This document shows, in pieces, positions 1 to 11,829 of a stretch of 64,000 nucleotides of DNA. A program made the translations under genes and the position numbers. The notes beneath the pieces were generated by a model that worked only from the letters and a program-made list of their open reading frames with translations, was not told where the DNA came from and did not search any database. The stretch comes from Pristiophorus japonicus (Eukaryota). Position 1 is the stretch's first letter; the number at the start of each line of letters is the position of its first letter. The stretch spans positions 22,010,001-22,074,000 of the forward strand of contig NC_091989.1 in the NCBI RefSeq assembly GCF_044704955.1, written 5' to 3'.

Positions 1-500
1 TCTATCATCATAAGGTAACCCTCTCATCTCCGGAATCAGCCTAGTGGATCGTCTCTGTACCCCCTCCAAAGCTAGTATATCCTTCCTTAAGTAAGGTAAC
101 CAAAACTGCACGCAGTACTCCAGGTGCGGCCTCACCAATACCCTATACAGTTGCAGAAGGACCTCCCTACTTTTGTACTCCATCCCTCTCGCAATGAAGA
201 CCAACATTCCATTCGCCTTCCTGATTACCTGCTGCACCTGCAAACTAACTTTTTGGGATTCATGCACAAGGACCCCCAGGTCCCTCGGCACCTCAGCATG
301 TTGTAATTTCTCCCCATTCAAATAATATTCTCTTTTACTGTTTTTTTCCCCAAGGTGGATGACCTCACACTTTCCGACATTGTATTCCATCTACCAAACC
401 TTACCCCATTCGCTTAACCTATCTAAATCTCTTTGCAGCCTCTCTGTGTCCTCCACACAACCCGCTTTCCCACTAATCTTTGTGTCATCTGCAAATTGTT
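1..500 (-). mobile_element. CR1 LINE ORF2 (RT/C-terminal) fragment
   Basis: Reverse strand reads as FADDTK...[12 protein letters not shown]-type CR1 sequence. Confidence 0.85.
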
Positions 501-1840
501 GATGGATGTTTTTGTGTCTGGAAGGATGTTTCCAGTGGGTTCCGCAGGGCTCAGTACTGAGTCCTTTGCTTTATGTGGTATGCATCAATGATCTAGATTT
601 GAATATAGCGAGTATGATGAAGAAGTTTGCAGATGACACTAAAATTGGCTGTGTGGTTGATAATGAAGAGGAAAATCATGGACTGCAGGAGGATATCAAT
701 CTACTGGTCAGGTGAGCAGAACAGTGGCAAATGGAATTTAATTTGGATAAGTGTGAGGTAATGCACTTGGGGAGGGCTAATATGGAAAGGGTAGAAAGTG
801 TAGATGAACAAAGGGACCTTGGAGTGCTTGTCCACAGATCCCTGAAAGTAGCAGGCCAGGTGGATAAGGTGGTTAAGAAGGCATATGGAATGCTTGCCTT
901 TATTGGCTGAGGCATAGAATACAAGAGCAGGAGGTTATGCTTAAAATGTATAATACTTTGGTTAGGCCACAGCTGGAGTACTGCATGCAGCTCCGGTCGC
1001 CGTATTATAGGAAAGATGTGATTGCACTAGAGAGGGTGCAGAGGAGATTTACTAGGATGCTGCCTGGAATGGAGAATCTTACCTATGAGGACAGATTAGA
1101 TAGGCTGGGTTTATTCTCATTGGAACAGAGGAGGTTGAGAAGAGACCTCATTGAGGTGTATAAAATTTTGAGGGGCCTGGATATAGTGAATAGCAAGGGC
1201 CTATTTCCCTTGGTGGAGGGGTCAATTACAAGGGGGCATAATTTTAAGGTGATTGGTGGAAGGTTTAGAGGGGATTTGAGGAGAGGCTTCTTCACGCAGA
1301 GGGTTGTAGGGGTCTGGAACTCACTGCCTGGAAGGGGGTGGATGCAGAAACCCTCACCACATTTAAAAGGTGCTTGGATGGGCATTTAAAGTGCCGTAAC
1401 CTGCAAGGTTACGGACCTAGAGCTGATAAGTGAGATTAGACTGGATAACCTCTTGTTGGCTGGTGTAGACATGATGATAAGTACTGCAGGGAATCGAATA
1501 CTGCCAGGGTGATCTCCAGGACTAGTTTCGATCGCCTGGATGGGTCGGAGAGGAATTTTCCCAGATTGTTTTCTCCAATTGGCCTGGGTTTTTAATGTTT
1601 TTTTGCCTCTCCCAGGAAATCACATGGCTCCGGTTGGGGTGGAGTGTAGAATGTTGCGATGCAGGGGGTGTCGCAGTTGTGTGGGGCAGACTGGTTGGGC
1701 CGGATGCTCTTTACCTTTCCGCCATTATTCATTGTTCATAGGTTTATACGTAACTTTCAGGGCTACTGACCGAGGGCTGTGTGGCTCTTTGTCGGCCAGC
1801 GCAGACATGATGGACCGAAATGGCCTCCTTCTGTGCTAAT
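500..1840 (+). mobile_element. CR1 LINE 3' portion, degenerate
   Basis: VPQGSVL, KFADDTK, LVRPQLEYC, FFTQRVVGVWNSLP; CR1 3' UTR. Confidence 0.9.
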
Positions 1841-2099
1841 TTAAGATAATTGACAAAGGAGCCAGGAGATGAAATTTGTTTTTAACTCAGCAATTTATGT
1901 TAATCTGGAATGTATTGCCGAAAAGGGTGGTAGAAGTAGATTCAATAGTAATTTTCAAATGGGAAATGGATATATAGATAAAAAGGAAACATTTGCAGGG
2001 CTATAGGAAAGCAGGGGAGTAGGACTAATTGAATAGTTCTTTCAAAGAGCTGGCACAATGGGCATAATGTCCACCTTATGTGCTGTGTGTTTCTATGAT

Positions 2100-2375
2100 T
2101 CATAATGTCCCAAAGTGCTTTACAGGCAATGAAGTACTTCTGAAGTTTGGTCACTGTTGTAATGTAGGAAACACATCAGCCAATTTGTGCACTGCAAGGT
2201 CCCACAACCAGAAATGTGATAATGACCAGATAATGTTTTTTAGGTGTTGGTTGAGGGATAATTATTGGCCAGGACACTGGGGGAATCTGCTCTCATTTGA
2301 AATATTGCCATGGGATCTTTTGCAGCCACTTGGCAGGGTGATGGGACCTTGGTTTAATGTTTCATCCAAATGATG
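2100..2375 (-). mobile_element. DeuSINE (SacSINE1-like) partial
   Basis: Reverse complement of the 3' half of the SINE at 31930-32386. Confidence 0.75.
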
Positions 2376-2424
2376 GAAAGAGTGAACTCTTTGCTGGGAT
2401 AGATTTCCATGGTTGACCATCACT

Positions 2425-3287
2425 CACAATATACATTAACGATTTGGATGAAGGAATTGAGTGTAATATTTCCAAGTTTGCAGATGATACTAAGCTGGGT
2501 GCCAGTGTGAGCTGTGAGGAGGATGTTAAGAGGCTGCAGGGTGACTTTCACAGGTTAGGTGAGTGTGCCAATGTACATCAGTCATTGAAAGTTGGCATGC
2601 AGGTACAGCAGGCGATGAAGAAGGCAAATGGCATGTTGGCCTTCATAGCTAGGGGATTTGAATATAGGAGCACCGAGGTCTTACTGCAGTCGTACAGGGC
2701 CTTGGTGAGGCCTCACCTGGAATACTGTGTTCCGCTTTGGTCTCCTAATCTGAGGAAGGACGTTCTTGCTATTGAGGGAGTGCAACGGAGGTTCACCAGA
2801 CTGATTCCCGGGATGGCAGGACTGACATATGAGGAGAGACTGGATCGACTGGGCCTGTATTCACTGGAGTTTAGAAGGATGAGAGGGGATCTCATAGAAA
2901 CATATAAAATTCTGACGAGACTGGACAGGTTAGCTGCAGGAAGAATGTTCCCGATGTTGGGGAAGTCCAGAACCAGGGGACACAGTCTAAGGATAAGGGG
3001 TAAGCCATTTAGGACTGAGATGAGGAGAAACTTCTTCACTCAGAGAGTTGTTAACCTGTGGAATTCTCTACCACAGTGAGTTGTTGATGCCAGTTCATTG
3101 GATATATTCAAGAGGGAGTTAGATATGGCCCTTACGGCTAAAGGGATCAAGGGGTATGGAGAGAAAGCAGGAAAGGGGTACTGAGATGAATGATTAGCCA
3201 TGATCTTATTGAATGGTGGTGCATGCTCGAAGGGCCAAATGGCCTACTCCTGCACCTATTTTCTATGTTTCTTTGTTTCTATGTTTC
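2425..3287 (+). mobile_element. HER1-type CR1, 5'-truncated, with small internal deletion near 2570
   Basis: ORF 2444-3079; (CTATGTTT)n tail. Confidence 0.92.
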
Positions 3288-3730
3288 TAAAATCACTCTG
3301 ACTAGGTTGCTTGGAAGAGTGAGAATAGTCACAAAGTTCATTCTCCCTGTTTTTCTTTTAGATACTTTGCTGAGTGTAATTCTTGTTGGTGCAGCTGAAT
3401 TTTAAAATAGAACCCCAGTTATTAAAAATATTTTGGATTGTTATTTTACAATAAGTAGAGCAAGCCATTTCATGATTCTGCCTCATCCTCCACATAGACA
3501 AATCTTATTCTTACTACCGTTAACATACTTTTCTCCTACTCTTTAATTTCTACCTTTACTATCTAGCATTCCCAACTAAACATGGAACAGATAACCCATT
3601 CACAGGCCTTTATCAATGCTGCACTATCACCAGCTATTACAGGATAATGAGGAAGAAAGCTGTAGACTGCAGGAAGATATTAATGGACTGTTCAGGTGGG
3701 CAGAAAAGTGGCAAATGGAATTCAATCCAG

Positions 3731-6700
3731 AGAATCATAGAATAGAATGGTTGCAGCATCGAAGGCGGCCAATTGGCCCGTCGAGCCCATGCAGACTCTC
3801 AGCTTGTCCCACTCCCCTGCTCTTTCCCTGTGGCCCAGCAAATTATTTTCCTTCAGATATTTATCCAACTTCCCTTTGAAAGATAAGATTGAGTCTGCCT
3901 CCACCACCCTTTCAGACAGTGCATTCCAGAACCCTACCACTTGCTGCGTAAAAAAGTTTTTTCTTGCATCGCCTTTGGTTCTTTTGCCAATCACCCAAAA
4001 TCTATGTCCTCTGGTTCTCAATGGGAAGAGTTTCTCTCTATCTACTCTGTCCAGACCCTTCATGATTTTGAACACCTCTATCAAATCTCCTCTCAATCTT
4101 CTCTGCTCCAAGGAGAACAACCCCAGCTTCTCCAGTCTATCAACATAACTGAAGACTCTCATTCCTGGAATCATTCTCATAAATCTTTTCTGTATCTTCT
4201 CTAAGGCCTTCACATCCTTCCTAAAGTGTGGTGCCCAGAATTGGACACAGTACTCCAGTTGGGGCTGAACCAGTGTTTTATACAGGTTCATCATAAATTC
4301 CACACTTTTATACTCTATACCTCTATTTATGAAGCCCAGGACCCCGTAAGTCTTTTTAACTGCTTTCACAACCAGCCTTGCTACCATCAATGATTTCTGC
4401 ACACTTACCCCCGGTATCTCTCTTCGTGCATCCCCTTTAGGATTGTGCCATTTAGTTTATATGTCCTCTCCTCATTCTTTCTCCAAAAATGTATCACTTC
4501 ACACTTTCCTGCATTAATTTCACCAGCCTGTCTATGTCATCCTGAAATCTATCACTCTCTTCCTCACTGTTCACTATACTTCCAAGTTTTTTGTCATGTG
4601 CAAATTTTGAAATTGTGACATGTGCACCCACGTCCAAGTCATTAAGATATATCAAGAAAAGCAGTGGTCTTAGAACCGACCCCTCGGGAACACCACTGTA
4701 TACCTTCCTCCAGTCCGAAAAACAAACATTCACCACTACTCTCTGTTTGCTGTCACTTAGTGAATTTCGTATCCTTTTATTCCATGGGCTTCAACTTTGT
4801 TGGCAAGCCTATTATGCAATACTTTGTCGAGCACCTTTTGGAAATCCATGTACACTACGTCAACCGCATTACCCTCATCAATCTTTTTTGTTACCTCATC
4901 AAAAAACTCAATCAAGTTGGTTAAACACGATATGCCTTTAACAAATCTGTGCTGGCTTTCCTTAATTAATCCACACCTATCCAAGTGACTGTTAATTTTG
5001 TTCGTGATTACTATTTCTAAAAGCTTCCCCACTGCCGAGGTTAAACTGACTGGCCTGTAGTTGCTGGGTTTATCTTTACACCCTTTTTTGAACAATGGTG
5101 TAACATTTGCAATTCTTCACTCCTCTGGCACCATCCCCATATCTATAGAAGAATGGAATATTATGGCCAGTACCTCCACGATTTCCGCCCTCAATTCCCT
5201 CAGTATCCTAGGATGCTCCTGGTGATTTATCTACTTTAAGTACAGCCAGCCTTTCTAATACCTCTTCTTTATCAATTTTTATCCTATCCAGTATTTCCAC
5301 TACTTCCTCCTTCACTATGTCTATGACAGCATCCTCTTCCTTGGTGAAGACAGATGCAAAGTACTCATTTAGTACCTCAGCCATATGCTCTGCCTCCATT
5401 CATAGGCCTCCTTTTTGGTCCCTAATTGGCCCCACACCTCCTCTTACTACCCTTTTGCATAGAAACATAGAAAATAGGTGCAGGAGTAGGCCATTCGGCC
5501 CTTTGAGCCTGCACCACCATTCAATAAGATCATGGCTGATCCTCACCTCAGTACCCCTTTCCTGCTTTCTCTCCATACCCCTTGATCCCTTTAGTCGTAA
5601 GGGCCATATCTAACTCCCTCTTGAATATATCCAATGAACTGGCATCAACAACTCTCTGTGGTAGAGAATTCCACAGGTTAACAACTCTCTGAATGAAGAA
5701 GTTTCTCCTCATCTCGGTCCTAAATGGCTTACCCCTTATCCTTAGACTGTGTCCCCTGGTTCTGGACTTCCCCAACATCGGGAACATTCTTCCTGTATCT
5801 AACCTGTCCAGTCCTGTCAGTATTTTATATGTTTCTATGAGATCCCCTCTCATTCTTCTAAACTCCAGTGAATACAGGCCCAGTCGGTCCAGTCTCTCCT
5901 CATACGTCAGTCCTGCCATCTCAGGAATCAGTCTGGTGAACCTTCGCTGCACTCCCTCAATAGCAAGAACGTCCTTCCTCAGGTTAGGAACTGAACACAA
6001 TATTCCAGAGGAGGCCTCACCAAGGCCCTGTACAACTGCAGTAAGACCTCCCTGCTCCTATACTCAAATCCCCTAGCTATGAAGGCCAACATGCCATTTG
6101 CCTTTTTCACCGCCTGCTGTACCTGCATGTCAACTTTCAATGACTGATGTACTATGACACCCAGGTCTCGTTGCACTTCTCCTTTTCCTAATCTGCTGCC
6201 ATTCAGATAATATTCTGCCTTTGTGTTTTTGCCACCAAAGTGGATAACCTCACATTTATCCACATTATACTGCATCTGCCATGCATTTTCCCACTCACCT
6301 AACCTGTCCAAGTCACCCTGCAGCCTCTTAACATCCTCCTCGCAGCTCACACCGCCACCCAGCTTAGTGTCATCTGCAAACTTGGAGATATTACACTCAA
6401 TTCCTTCATATAAATCATTGATGTATATTGCAAATAGCTGGGGTCTCAGCACTGAGACCTGCGGCACCCCACTGCCTGCCATTCTGAAAAGGACCCGTTT
6501 ATCCCAACTCTTTGCTTCCTGTCTGCCAACCAGTTCTCTATCCACGTCAGTACATTACCCCCAATACCATATGCTTTAATTTTGCACACCAATCTCTTGT
6601 GTGGGACCTTGTCAAAAGCCTTTTGAAAGCCCAAATACACCACATCCACTGGTTCTCCCCTGTCCACTCTACTAGTTAAATCTTCAAAAAATTCTCGAAG

Positions 6701-7372
6701 ATTTGTCAAGCATGATTTCCCTTTCATAAATCCATGCTGACTTGGACCGATCCTGTCACTGCTTTCCAAATGCGCTGCTATTTCATCTTTAATAATTGAT
6801 TCCAACATTTTCCCCACCACTGATGTCAGGCTAACCGGTCTATAATTCTGTGTTTTCTCTCTCCCTCCTTAAAAAGTGGTGTTACATTAGCTACCCTCCA
6901 GTCCATAGGAACTGATCCAGAGTCGATAGACTGCTGGAAAATGATCACCAATGCATCCACTATTTCTAGGGCCACTTCCTTAAATACTCTGGGATGCAGA
7001 CTATCAGGCCCTGGGGATTTATCGGCCTATTTACTATTTATATGACTATAGAAGACTTTTGGATTGCTTTTTATGTTGGTTGCCATTCTATTCTCATACC
7101 ATCTTTTTGCCCCTCTTATTTTCTTTTTCACTTCTCCTCTGATCTTTCTATATGTAGCCTGATTCTCAGATGTATTTGCAACCTGACATCTGTTATATGC
7201 GTTCTTTTTCTGATTTATCATATTCTCTATCTGTTTCATCATCTGGGGAGCCTTAACTTTAGTTGCCCTGCCTTTCCCCCTCGTGAGAATGTGCCTCAAC
7301 TGTAACTGAACTATTTCCTCTTTAAAAGCAGCCCATTGTTCCATTACAGTTTTGCCTGACAATCTTTGATTC
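3731..7372 (-). mobile_element. CR1 LINE (minus), interrupted by a younger CR1 at 5458-7027
   Basis: ORF fragments 3722-4402, 4494-4736, 4757-5095, 5208-5399 and 7027-7425 are colinear ORF2 pieces. Confidence 0.9.
5458..7027 (-). mobile_element. HER1-type CR1 nested in CR1
   Basis: RT fragments with frameshifts; catagaaacatagaaa tail at 5458. Confidence 0.92.
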
Positions 7373-7802
7373 CAGAAGTGTGAGGTAATGCATTTGGGGA
7401 GGGCTAACAAGGCAAAGGAATACACAATAAATGGTAATGTACCGAGAAGTGTAGAGTGACCTTGGAGTACACATCCACAGGTCCTTGAAGGTAGCAGGAC
7501 AGGTAGATAAGGTGAAGGGTTATGGGATACTTTCTTTTAATAGTCAAGGTATAGATAATAGGTGCAGGGAGGTTATGCTAGAATAGTATAAAACACTAGT
7601 TAGGCCACTGATAGAGTACTGCATACAGTCCTAGTACCCCATTACAGGAAAGATGTGATTGCATGAGGGTACAGAGGAGATTTACGAGGATGGTGCTAGG
7701 ACTGGAGAATTTTACCTATGAGGAAAGAATGACTAGGTTGGGGTTGTTTTCTTTGGAGCAGAGGATGCTGAGGTGAGATTTAATTGAGGTGTATAAAATT
7801 AT

Positions 7803-8157
7803 TGTTACCTCTGGTGTCCCCCAAGGATCTATCCTTGGCCGCCTCCTATTTCTCATTTACATGTTGCCCCTTGGCAAAATCATCCGAATACACAGCGTCA
7901 GTTTCCACATGTACACTGATGACACCCAGTTCTACCTCACCACCACTTGTCCAACATTCAGTTGTGGATGAGCAGAAATTTTCTCCAATTAAATATTGGG
8001 AAGATCGAAGCCATTTTTTTCGGTCTCCGCCACAAATTCCATTCACGAGCCACCGACTCGAACATCTGTCCGAGGCTGAACCACACTATTCACAATCATC
8101 GCATTTAGTCATTGCAGGTGATTCTCTGGCTACGATTAGATAGATAAGAATGGAACC
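7803..8157. mobile_element. L2 LINE RT fragment (+, 7803-~8095) followed by a short inverted L2 piece (-, ~8108-8157)
   Basis: [31 protein letters not shown]; 8108-8157 is the reverse complement of the L2 sequence at ~24488-24536. Confidence 0.85.
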
Positions 8158-9035
8158 CCGTGCGGTGCGGCAAGTGTTTTGTGGTGGAGGAGCGGCGAGA
8201 GATCGAGGTGGAGGTGCGGCAAATGAGGGTACAGGGCCCAGAAGAGCCCAGGGCCCAGGGGCAGCATGGGCCAGCCCACACTGCGATGTGTGTATGCACT
8301 AGGTCCATGCAGCAGAGTAGGTCTCCCGTCATCCTGGTTAACCCTTGCCACTGGATAAAGGCCTAGCTCTGTCAAGCCCGTATGGTGGCTGATGTGCAAT
8401 GGTCACCAGACTGATTCCCGGGATGGCGGGACTGACCTATCAAGAAAGACTGGATCAACTGGGCTTGTATTCACTGGAGTTCAGAAGAATGAGAGGGGAC
8501 CTCATAGAAACATTTAAAATTCTGACGGGGTTAGACAGGTTAGATGCAGGAAGAATGTTCCCAATGTTGGGGAAGTCCAGAACCAGAGGTCACAGTCTAA
8601 GGATAAGGGGTAAGCCATTTAGGACCGATGCGGAGGAACTTCTTCACCCAGAGAGTGGTGAACCTGTGGAATTCTCTACCACAGAAAGTTGTTGAGGCCA
8701 ATTCACTAAATATATTCAAAAAGGAGTTAGATGAGGTCCTTACTACTAGGGGGATCAAGGGGTATGGCGAGAAAGCAGGAATGGGGTACTGAAGTTGAAT
8801 GTTCAGCCATGAACTCATTGAATGGCGGTGCAGGCTAGAAGGGCCGAATGGCCTACTCCTGCACCTATTTTCTATGTTTCTATGTCACCACACGTTAAAA
8901 AAATCCATGCACAGGCATCTTCCATCCTTTCAACTGGAGTTTAGGACCAGAATATCGGGTCCTTCATTGAAACATCTGTGAACCCATGTGGAAAGCAAGT
9001 CATCCTCATTTGAGGGACCGCCTATGATGAGGATG
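8158..9035 (+). mobile_element. Non-coding RTE-tailed element (RTE-derived SINE-like), split by a CR1 at 8402-8884
   Basis: 3' end GTGGAAAGCAAGTCATCCTC..GAGGGACCGCCTATGATGA matches the ends of the coding RTE copies near 31650, 48915 and 56820; no RT coding sequence. Confidence 0.75.
8402..8884 (+). mobile_element. Young HER1-type CR1 3' end with 7-bp duplication GTCACCA
   Basis: Nearly identical to 15144-15635 reversed; GTCACCA at 8402-8408 and 8884-8890. Confidence 0.92.
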
Positions 9036-9439
9036 ATAAAATTATGAAGGGCCTAAATAGAATGACGAGGAAGGACCTATTTCCCTTTGCAGAGAGGTGA
9101 ATAACCAGGGGGCAGAGATTTAAAGTAACTGATAGAAGGATTAGAGGGGAGTTGAGGAGAATTGTTTTCACCCAGAGACGGTTGGGGGTCTGGAACGCAC
9201 TGCCTGAAAGGGTGATAGAGGCAGAAACCATCATCGCACTTAAAACTACTTGGAAATGCACTTGAAGTGGAGTAACCTACATGGCTATGGACCAAGAGTT
9301 AGGAAGTGGGATTAGGCAGGACAGCTCTTTTTCGGATGGCACAGACATGATGGTCAGAATGGCCTCCTTCTGTATTGTAAATTTCTATGATTCTGTGATA
9401 TTCTTGGTGGAGCATCAACTGAATTTTTGTTTTAAATTT

Positions 9440-10480
9440 GTTTAGATTTGGGCATCGCTGGCAAGGCCAGCATTTATTGTCCATCCGTAATTGCCCTCAA
9501 GAAGATGTTGGTGAGCCGCCTTCTTGAATCACTGTAGTCCATGTGATGAAGGTACCCCCATAGAGCTGTTAGGATTATGACCCAGCGATAATGAAGGAAC
9601 GGCGATATTTTTCCAAGTCAAGATGGTGTGCGACTTGGAGGGGAACTTGGAGAGTATGGTGCTCCCATATGCCTGCTGTCCTTAACCTTCTAGGTGGTCG
9701 AGGTCGCGGGTTTGGGAAGTGTTGTTGGATAAGCCTTGGCGAGTTGCTGCAGTGCATCTTGTAGACGGTACACACTGCAGCAATGGTGCACCGGTGGTGG
9801 AGGGAGTGGATGTTTAAAGTGATGCCAATCAAGCGAGCTGCTTTGTCCTGATCGATGTCTAGCTTCCTGAGTGCTGGTGGAGCTACACTCGTGCAGGCAA
9901 GTGGAGAGTATTCCATCACACTCCTGATTTGTGGCTTGTAGATGGTGGAAAGGTTCTGGGGAGTCAGGAGTGAGGCACTCGCCGCAGAATACCCAGTCTC
10001 TGGCTTGCTCTTGTAGCCACAGTGTTTATATGGCTAGTCCTGTTAAGTTTATGGTCAATGGTGACCCCCAGAATGTTGGGGAATTTGGTGATAGTAATGC
10101 CGTTGAATATCATGGGAGGTGGTTAGACTCTCTGTTGTTGGAGATAGTCATTTCCTGTCACTTTTGTGGCACGAATGTTACTTGCCACTTACCAGTCCAA
10201 GCCTGAATATCGTCCAGGTCTTGCTGCATGTGGGCATGGACTGCTTCTTTATTTGAAGAGTTGCGAATGGAACTGAACATCAGTGAACATCCCCACTTCT
10301 GACCCTATGATGGAGGGAAGGTCATTGATGAAGCAGCTGAAGATGGTTGGGCCTAGGACACTGCCCTGAGGAACTCCTGCAGTGATGTCCTGGGACTGGG
10401 ATGATTGGCCTCCATCAACCAGAACCATCTTCCTTTGTGCTCGGCATGACTCCAGTCAGTGAAGAGTTTTCTCTCCAATG
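9440..10480 (-). mobile_element. CR1/L2-group LINE of a separate family (MEYSPLA type), 3' part
   Basis: MMEYSPLA..LRKLD..QDKAARLI..HSLHHR; same family as 17455-18220. Confidence 0.85.
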
Positions 10481-11343
10481 CTCATTGAGAAAGGAATGGC
10501 TTGAGCATTGCATGAATGCTTTATGGTGCTGGTGCCAACCTAGCACATCATGTGGCAGCCAAGGTGTAGAGTGCCAAGTGAAGTAAATGTGGCCATGATG
10601 AGGCCATGCTTTGCGTCCCGGGCAGCAATGTGGTCCGGTACTGATGACTTGTGTCCTGTGCGCATCAGGTGATTGCGGAGAAGGTTGGTGTTGTTATTGG
10701 TGAAGCTGTTGGTGGTGTTTTGTGATGTTGGTGTTGGGGCTGATCGTGGTGGGATTCCGAGGACCAAGATGAGATTTTTTCAACTGCACCGATGCTGATG
10801 GAATAGATGGCAGCAGAAGTTGAGATGACAGAAGTGATCTGTCAATGGTAAGAGAGGTTGCTCCAAGGGGGTGACAGTGGATATAGAGTTCACTGCAAAC
10901 ACTTCCAAACTGCATATAGGTCAAAAGTGTCTTCCAAATTATGAAGGCTTCAACTTCTGAGATTGGAAAGTGAACAGCTGTGAAATGGTAGCTTTTATAC
11001 CACTTCTGCTGCTATCAACTAGTCAAAGTAATGGAGAGTCATTGAGAACCCGACACACTTACATAATGTGTTCCCCAAGGGACGTGAACCTCGTAAAACA
11101 CCTTGGAAAAATGTTAAGTACCTGGCAACATTCTTTAAAATACCTTTAAACTACTTCTTAATGATGTTAATTGACTGGCCCGCCGCTTGGAGTCGGGTCT
11201 GTGATGCGAAGACAGACCCGGCACTTTGGAAACTTACATGGAGGCGGGATCAGAACAGACTTCCGCCCTGCTGTCAATCACGGCCATTTTGATAGTGGGT
11301 CCGTCTCCAAATCCACTCTCGCAGGGCTAGTAAGATTTCGGCC
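10480..11343. mobile_element. Probable Harbinger-type DNA transposon fragment
   Basis: Ends in AGATTTCGGCC, similar to the TIRs of the MITEs in this window; no clear coding motif. Confidence 0.35.
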
Positions 11344-11829
11344 TCTGAATGTGTGAGTTCAGATAATCTTCAACCTGTTCAATTACGGAGGTCAGCACAT
11401 CCAAGTGTGATCCTATCGGTTTCAATATCAATGATTGTGAGCAGGTTGATTTTTTCCCTCTCTAGCTTGGGAGACACTAAGGCCAATTGTAATGTCCACC
11501 TTGATTGCCTTGATTGAAATCAGAAAACTCAGCACAGCTGAAAAATAGAACTTGGAATCTTCAGGACTCGTGCGGCTCAGCACTCTGCATGGCCACTGAG
11601 GGGAGCAAGAGTATTCCTAATGTGGAAGATGAGTTAGTCAGTCAAAGATGGCAATAAGGCTCAGCTAATTAAATGTCAAAATAGGGAAATGGAATTGATA
11701 TTACTGTATATACTTGGATTTTCAGAGGAAATCTCCCATTATTCAAAAAATGTCATCAATTGGTTACATTGTGCACCCCATGTAGTTGAGGGAGATCATA
11801 AGTAGAGCTTTAATGCTGCCAATTTGATT

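Larger units (their letters stand above)
3640..9400 (+). mobile_element. Old + strand CR1 broken into three pieces (3640-3733, 7372-7802, 9036-9400) by later insertions
   Basis: Pieces join colinearly: WQMEFNPE|KCEVMHLG and IEVYKI|MKGL. Confidence 0.8.

Noticed and set aside
2713-3039. Recurrent antisense ORFs (MKKFLLISVLNGLPL..., also 5693, 28239, 39504)
   Set aside because: Shadow frames of repeated CR1 ORF2 sequence, recurring only because the element recurs.
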